The notes beneath the pieces are model-generated. The model was not told where the DNA came from, ran no database searches, and saw only the letters and a list, made by a program, of their open reading frames with translations. 64,000 nt of DNA from Eledone cirrhosa. Its lineage: Eukaryota. A program made the translations under genes and the position numbers. The first letter of the stretch is position 1. Each line of letters begins with the position of its first letter. Shown here piece after piece: positions 59,579 through 64,000 of this stretch. The stretch lies in contig OZ024740.1 of assembly GCA_964016885.1 (NCBI GenBank), forward strand, positions 329,096,001-329,160,000. Direction: 5' to 3'.

Positions 59579-62500
59579 ATGGCCGTATTAAGAGTAGGAT
59601 GTTTAAATGTTCGAGGCCTGGGATTGTCCTGGAAGCAGGGTCACCTGCTCAATAACCTCAGGTCTCTAGAAATTGATGTAATTGTCGTCAGCGAGACCAG
59701 GATTTCCGACACGTGCACACTAGCCCCCATTTTCGACGTCTATCAGATCCTTGCATCTGTTAGCCGGCCGGGAATGGGAGGCAGGGTGGTAGTGCTGTTT
59801 ATGAAAGGCCTGGAGCTCGAGGTAAGGTCGATCTTCCGTGATCCGGACGGGAAGTTAGTGGTCCTGGACGTGAACAATAACGAATGTGTTGCCTTTAGAC
59901 TGGTGGCCGTCTGCGCTCCTACCGGGGAAGGACGACCGGACCACTTTAGACGCCTGGAAGCCTTTCTCGGCACGTCTCGCCTTTTACTGTTAGCGGGGAA
60001 CTGGAACGGCTTCTTAGACGCACGGTGGGACTGTGTGGGAGTATCCGATAGGAGCGGGTTGTGCAAAAGCCTCAAGAACCTGATCAGCCAGTTCCAACTT
60101 TCTGAAAGGTACCTACTAGATTTCCCTAATGCGCTAGTGTGGACCTGGGCTAACCGCATAGGGTCATCTAGATCGTATATAGACAGGATATTCATTAGGA
60201 AAATAGACAGAAATAGTGTAAGCTGTCCACAATTTGAAACGGTCACCTATTCAGATCACAAGTTTGGGATCTGTATGGTCGGCCTAGATAAGACGCGGAG
60301 GTTACGACCTGGTTACTGGAAGCTAAACATGTAATTTCCGGCACGTAAGGCTTACAAGGACCAGGTAAACAATTTAGTTAAGAAAAAGTTGACAGGGGGA
60401 GTCGTCAACAATAGATGGAGGGGGGCTCTCAAAAGAGAGATTAGAGTAATGTCGATAGAGTTTAACAAAGAAGTAGCATTAGAGAAAAATAGAAAGGAGG
60501 GGGAGTTGGTAGATAAGTTAGACGAGGCTATTGGTAGTGGCATTGCAACTGACGTGCTAGCGGCGAGAATGGCATTATACCATTTCTTCAATCCGAAACA
60601 CGAAGGTTGCATTGTCAGAGCTAAGGCGCGTGCTCTGAGAAACGAGGGAACCAAAGCTGTTCGATGGGCCCGCGTGGCAGAGGCGCAGCGATGTAATAAA
60701 CCACGATTCGGTCTTTGACGGACCAAGACGGACACGAGCTGAGCGATTCCAAGCGGATGTGTGAGGCCTTTCGCCAACAATATGCTCGGTTGTTCGGGGG
60801 AAGTGGCGGGTCAGAGATGGTGGCGGACTTCACTCCCTACCTCGATGGCTTGCCGCAGCTCTCGACGGCTGATGCTGGGCGCTGCGAAAGGCCAATTACT
60901 TCAGCCGAGATTCAGGATGCCCTTGTCGGCTGCATGAGGCGCAAGTCACCCGGTTTGGATGGTCTGCCCTACGAGCTTTACGTAAATATGCCAGACTTGT
61001 TCTCCAATCTCCTCGAAGCCCTCTATAGCAACTGGCAGCAAAACGGGAGTATTCCCAGTTCTGTGAGCTGATAAGGAAAGACGAGAACAAGAGGGACACA
61101 TTAGACAATTTCAGTCCCATAACTCTGCTCAACACAGTGTTTAAGATTTTGGCCAGGGTGTTAGCGAAGAGGTTGGCTCTTGTCGTCGGGGATTTGGTTG
61201 GGGAGGCGCAAACTTGCGCAATCACAACCAGGTCCATATACGACAACCTCCACGATACATCATAGAGAGGGTAGGGTGTAAACCTGGCTTCGGTGGGGCT
61301 CTGATCAATTTAGATCAATCGAAAGCATTCGATAGGGTCGACCATAGGTACCTGGAGGCTGTCCCCATGGCGGCTGGCTTCGGCCCCGTCTTCAGAAGCT
61401 GGATCGCTGTAATGCACAGCGGCACCTGCTCGATGGTCAAAATTAATGGCCACCTCTCGCAACCGTTTCAGGTTTCCCGATCGGTCCGTCAAGGGTGGCC
61501 TCTCTCCTCCCTTCTGTACGTATTGACTCTTGAACCTTTACTGCGGAAGCTGGAGCTGTTGCAGGGCATCCCGCTCGAACCGGGACGCGGAAAGGCTGTG
61601 TCGGTTTATGCGGACGACATCACCGTGATGGTGTCGGACACCTCAGAAATCGAGGTGGCCGGCAACGTTTTGGAGGAATATGAAAGGTTCACGGGTGCAA
61701 AACTTAACCCGGAAAGGTCGGTGGGCTTGCAACTTGGCACCTGGAGAGGCAAGTCCATGCCGTCCAGCAGCGTCGTTAGGCGCTGGCCGGACGGACCAGT
61801 AAAGTTGCTAGGGGTTTGGTTCGGGCCAGACCTCCAGGTGGATAAGAATTGGGACGAGGTGACGGGAAGAGTAGCCAGTCTCACCCAGAAATGGGCTGGG
61901 ATGAAGCTATCACTGAAAGGTCGGGTGGAGGTGGCGAATGCGTACATCGCGTCCGTCATCTACTACCGTCTGACTGTCGTCCCTTGTCCCCGTTCGCGCC
62001 TCGCCATCTTGGAGCGGCTCCTCTTCAAATTCTTGTGGAGGGGTCAGGTTCCGCTGGTGCAGCGGTCCGTCTGCTGTCAGCACCCTCTACGTGGAGGGCT
62101 GGGCATGCCGAGGCTAATTATGCGCAGGCAGGCGCTGAGGCTGTGGCATCTCCAGATATTCTGCCTAAACGGTGAACAGATGTGGTCGCCGTTTGTCAGA
62201 CGAGCCTTTCCGCAGCTCGTTTCTTTGACTGAGCTGCAGTCCTGGGTTAAGAAGAGACCGAGACTGAGTGACTGGCATCTGGAATTTTGCCAGGCACTCA
62301 TTGCCCTCTACCAGGCGGTCAATGCGGTCAGTGGAACTTCCACTCTCGAGTTCTATAGAGGATTAGTGGTGGGCAAGTGCGACGACGCACTCGGAGAGGC
62401 TCTGGGAGTCAACGAAGTCGAACTAACCAGTCTGTACTGGAGCACTTTCGAGCCGGGAACGATGGATAATTTCCAAAGATTCCTCGCTTGGCAGTGCTAG

Positions 62501-62976
62501 CGGGTGGCACTGCCGGTTCGGGATAAACTCTACAGGTACGGAAGTGCTGTCAGACGGACATGCCCGAGATGCGCGCAGAGCGACGAAACCGTTCTGCACG
62601 CACTCGTCCAGTGTTCGTGCATTACTGACTTATGGAGTTATGTTGAACAGCTCTTGTCGCGAGTAGAACGGATCCGGCTATCGGCCGAGTCCATAGTGAA
62701 GATCGACCCGCCACCATCTTTTGGCCAGGAAGGGCAGGCAATTTCCTCTGTCTGGTGGCAGTAGCGAAAGAGGTTGTATGGTGGATGAGGTTGAAAGGAC
62801 TGAAGACAGACACTTTTCTCTTCGGCCAATCCCTCATCAACTTTTTCAAGTTTCACTTGGAAAGGAAGGTAAGGGTGGAGAGAGAAGTGCTGCCCCCCAG
62901 TACATTTGCTGAAAGGTGGGTGAATGCGGCGAAAATGGCCCGTGTGAGTGGGCCTACTCTGGTCCTGCGGCTGTAG
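59579..62976 (+). pseudogene. Tx1 copy E ORF2 (APE, RT, zinc finger), interrupted
   Basis: 251-aa APE ORF (NVRGL, SETR, IDRIF, SDH), 428-aa RT ORF (KAFDRVDH, VRQG.PLS, YADD), CPRCAQSDETVLHALVQC. Confidence 0.93.
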
Positions 62977-63571
62977 GTAGGTAAATTTGAGGAGGAGAGG
63001 GGTGCCCCTCAAGGGTGCTCTCGAAGCGTCGGGTCGTTCAGGATTGGTGGGGTACCTGGGCGAACCCTGGATGGTCATTCCCCCTATTGGGGTATTTTTT
63101 CTTGTTGTAATTTTATTTTTACTTTATTGTTACTTTGTTAGTGTTACTTTGTTATTGTTATTCATATTGTTTACTCGATTTTTCTGTAAAACCCCACTGT
63201 CCCAGTCTTTTGTATTGTCCCCTATATGTCGGCCCTTGTGGCCAATAAATGAAATCATTATTATTGTTATTATAAAGAAATCATTATTATTATGTGCCTT
63301 TTCCTCATTCTTCGCCTTTGTTTCCACTTCTAGCCGAGTGCTTTCCCGACAGCTAGAGGCAAAGTAACTCGTTACATAAATTGATGTCACAAAAATAAAC
63401 ACACCAGATTGTTCACGTCATATATTTTACACAGCTACAGGTAAATCATTTGCTCTTTGCTTGTGCACATTATCTGTTAGAAATCATATATACAACAGAA
63501 TGATAATCAATCATATTAGAAGGCTTGATTATTTACAACTTATATACATATTGGTTTATAATCATATATAT

Positions 63572-63620
<49 letters not shown>

Positions 63621-63857
63621 CTAAACACAAAAGAAAATACCGCATACAATCGAATACTCATCTTTGTTAGAAATACCGCATCATGTGTCTTTGCTAGTAA
63701 CATTTAGGCTCATAACTAAATAACTCAAAACAACATCAATTTAATGATTCTACTATACACTGCCTTCAATCTTAATATTAGTTTGTAAATTAGATACAAG
63801 GACAGAACTCTTTTGAGAAAGAAAAGCTGATCACATCGACCATAGTACTTGACTGCT

Positions 63858-63908
63858 GCTTTATTTTATCGACTCTGGAAAGGTGAAAATTAAATTTGAT
63901 CCTGTCGA
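63858..63908 (-). mobile_element. Degenerate SINE core fragment
   Basis: CTTTATTTTATCGACTCTGGAAAGGTGAAA resembles the SINE core CTTTATTTTATCGACCCCGTAAGGATGAAA. Confidence 0.5.
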
Positions 63909-64000
63909 TATGATTTAAAAATAACAGAACAAATTAGAAGACATTAAAAAACTACAATTAATAGTGTGCAAAGAGCTACATTATATTATATTTTTGGCAG

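Larger units (their letters stand above)
57457..63256 (+). mobile_element. Full-length L1/Tx1-clade LINE, copy E (inactivated)
   Basis: 5' GGTCTAATCGGACG after (TTA)9; 3' GTGGCCAATAAATGAAATC plus ATTATT. Paralogue of copy A along its whole length. Confidence 0.95.

Overview
AT-rich, microsatellite-dense eukaryotic (animal) DNA. The SINE family and repeat landscape resemble a cephalopod or other mollusc; this is inference, not verified. No intact host gene is supported; the window consists almost entirely of retroelements and repeats. (1) A 6.9-kb array of a near-identical 479-bp unit (8065-14946) in which every full unit carries a type I hammerhead ribozyme motif with a palindromic minimal stem III. 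The array flips orientation once, giving a retrozyme-like array with Penelope-style inverted architecture. (2) Several other hammerhead-bearing fold-back remnants and Penelope-like element (PLE) fragments in (TA)n tracts. (3) Five full-length but mutated L1/Tx1-clade LINEs plus fragments, stacked in (TTA)n microsatellites, showing 5'UTR/ORF1 module swapping and a conserved splice-donor motif at the ORF1 stop. (4) An R4/Dong-type and a CRE-type restriction-like endonuclease (RLE) retrotransposon fragment. (5) Several copies of a tRNA-derived SINE, two minisatellites and many microsatellites.
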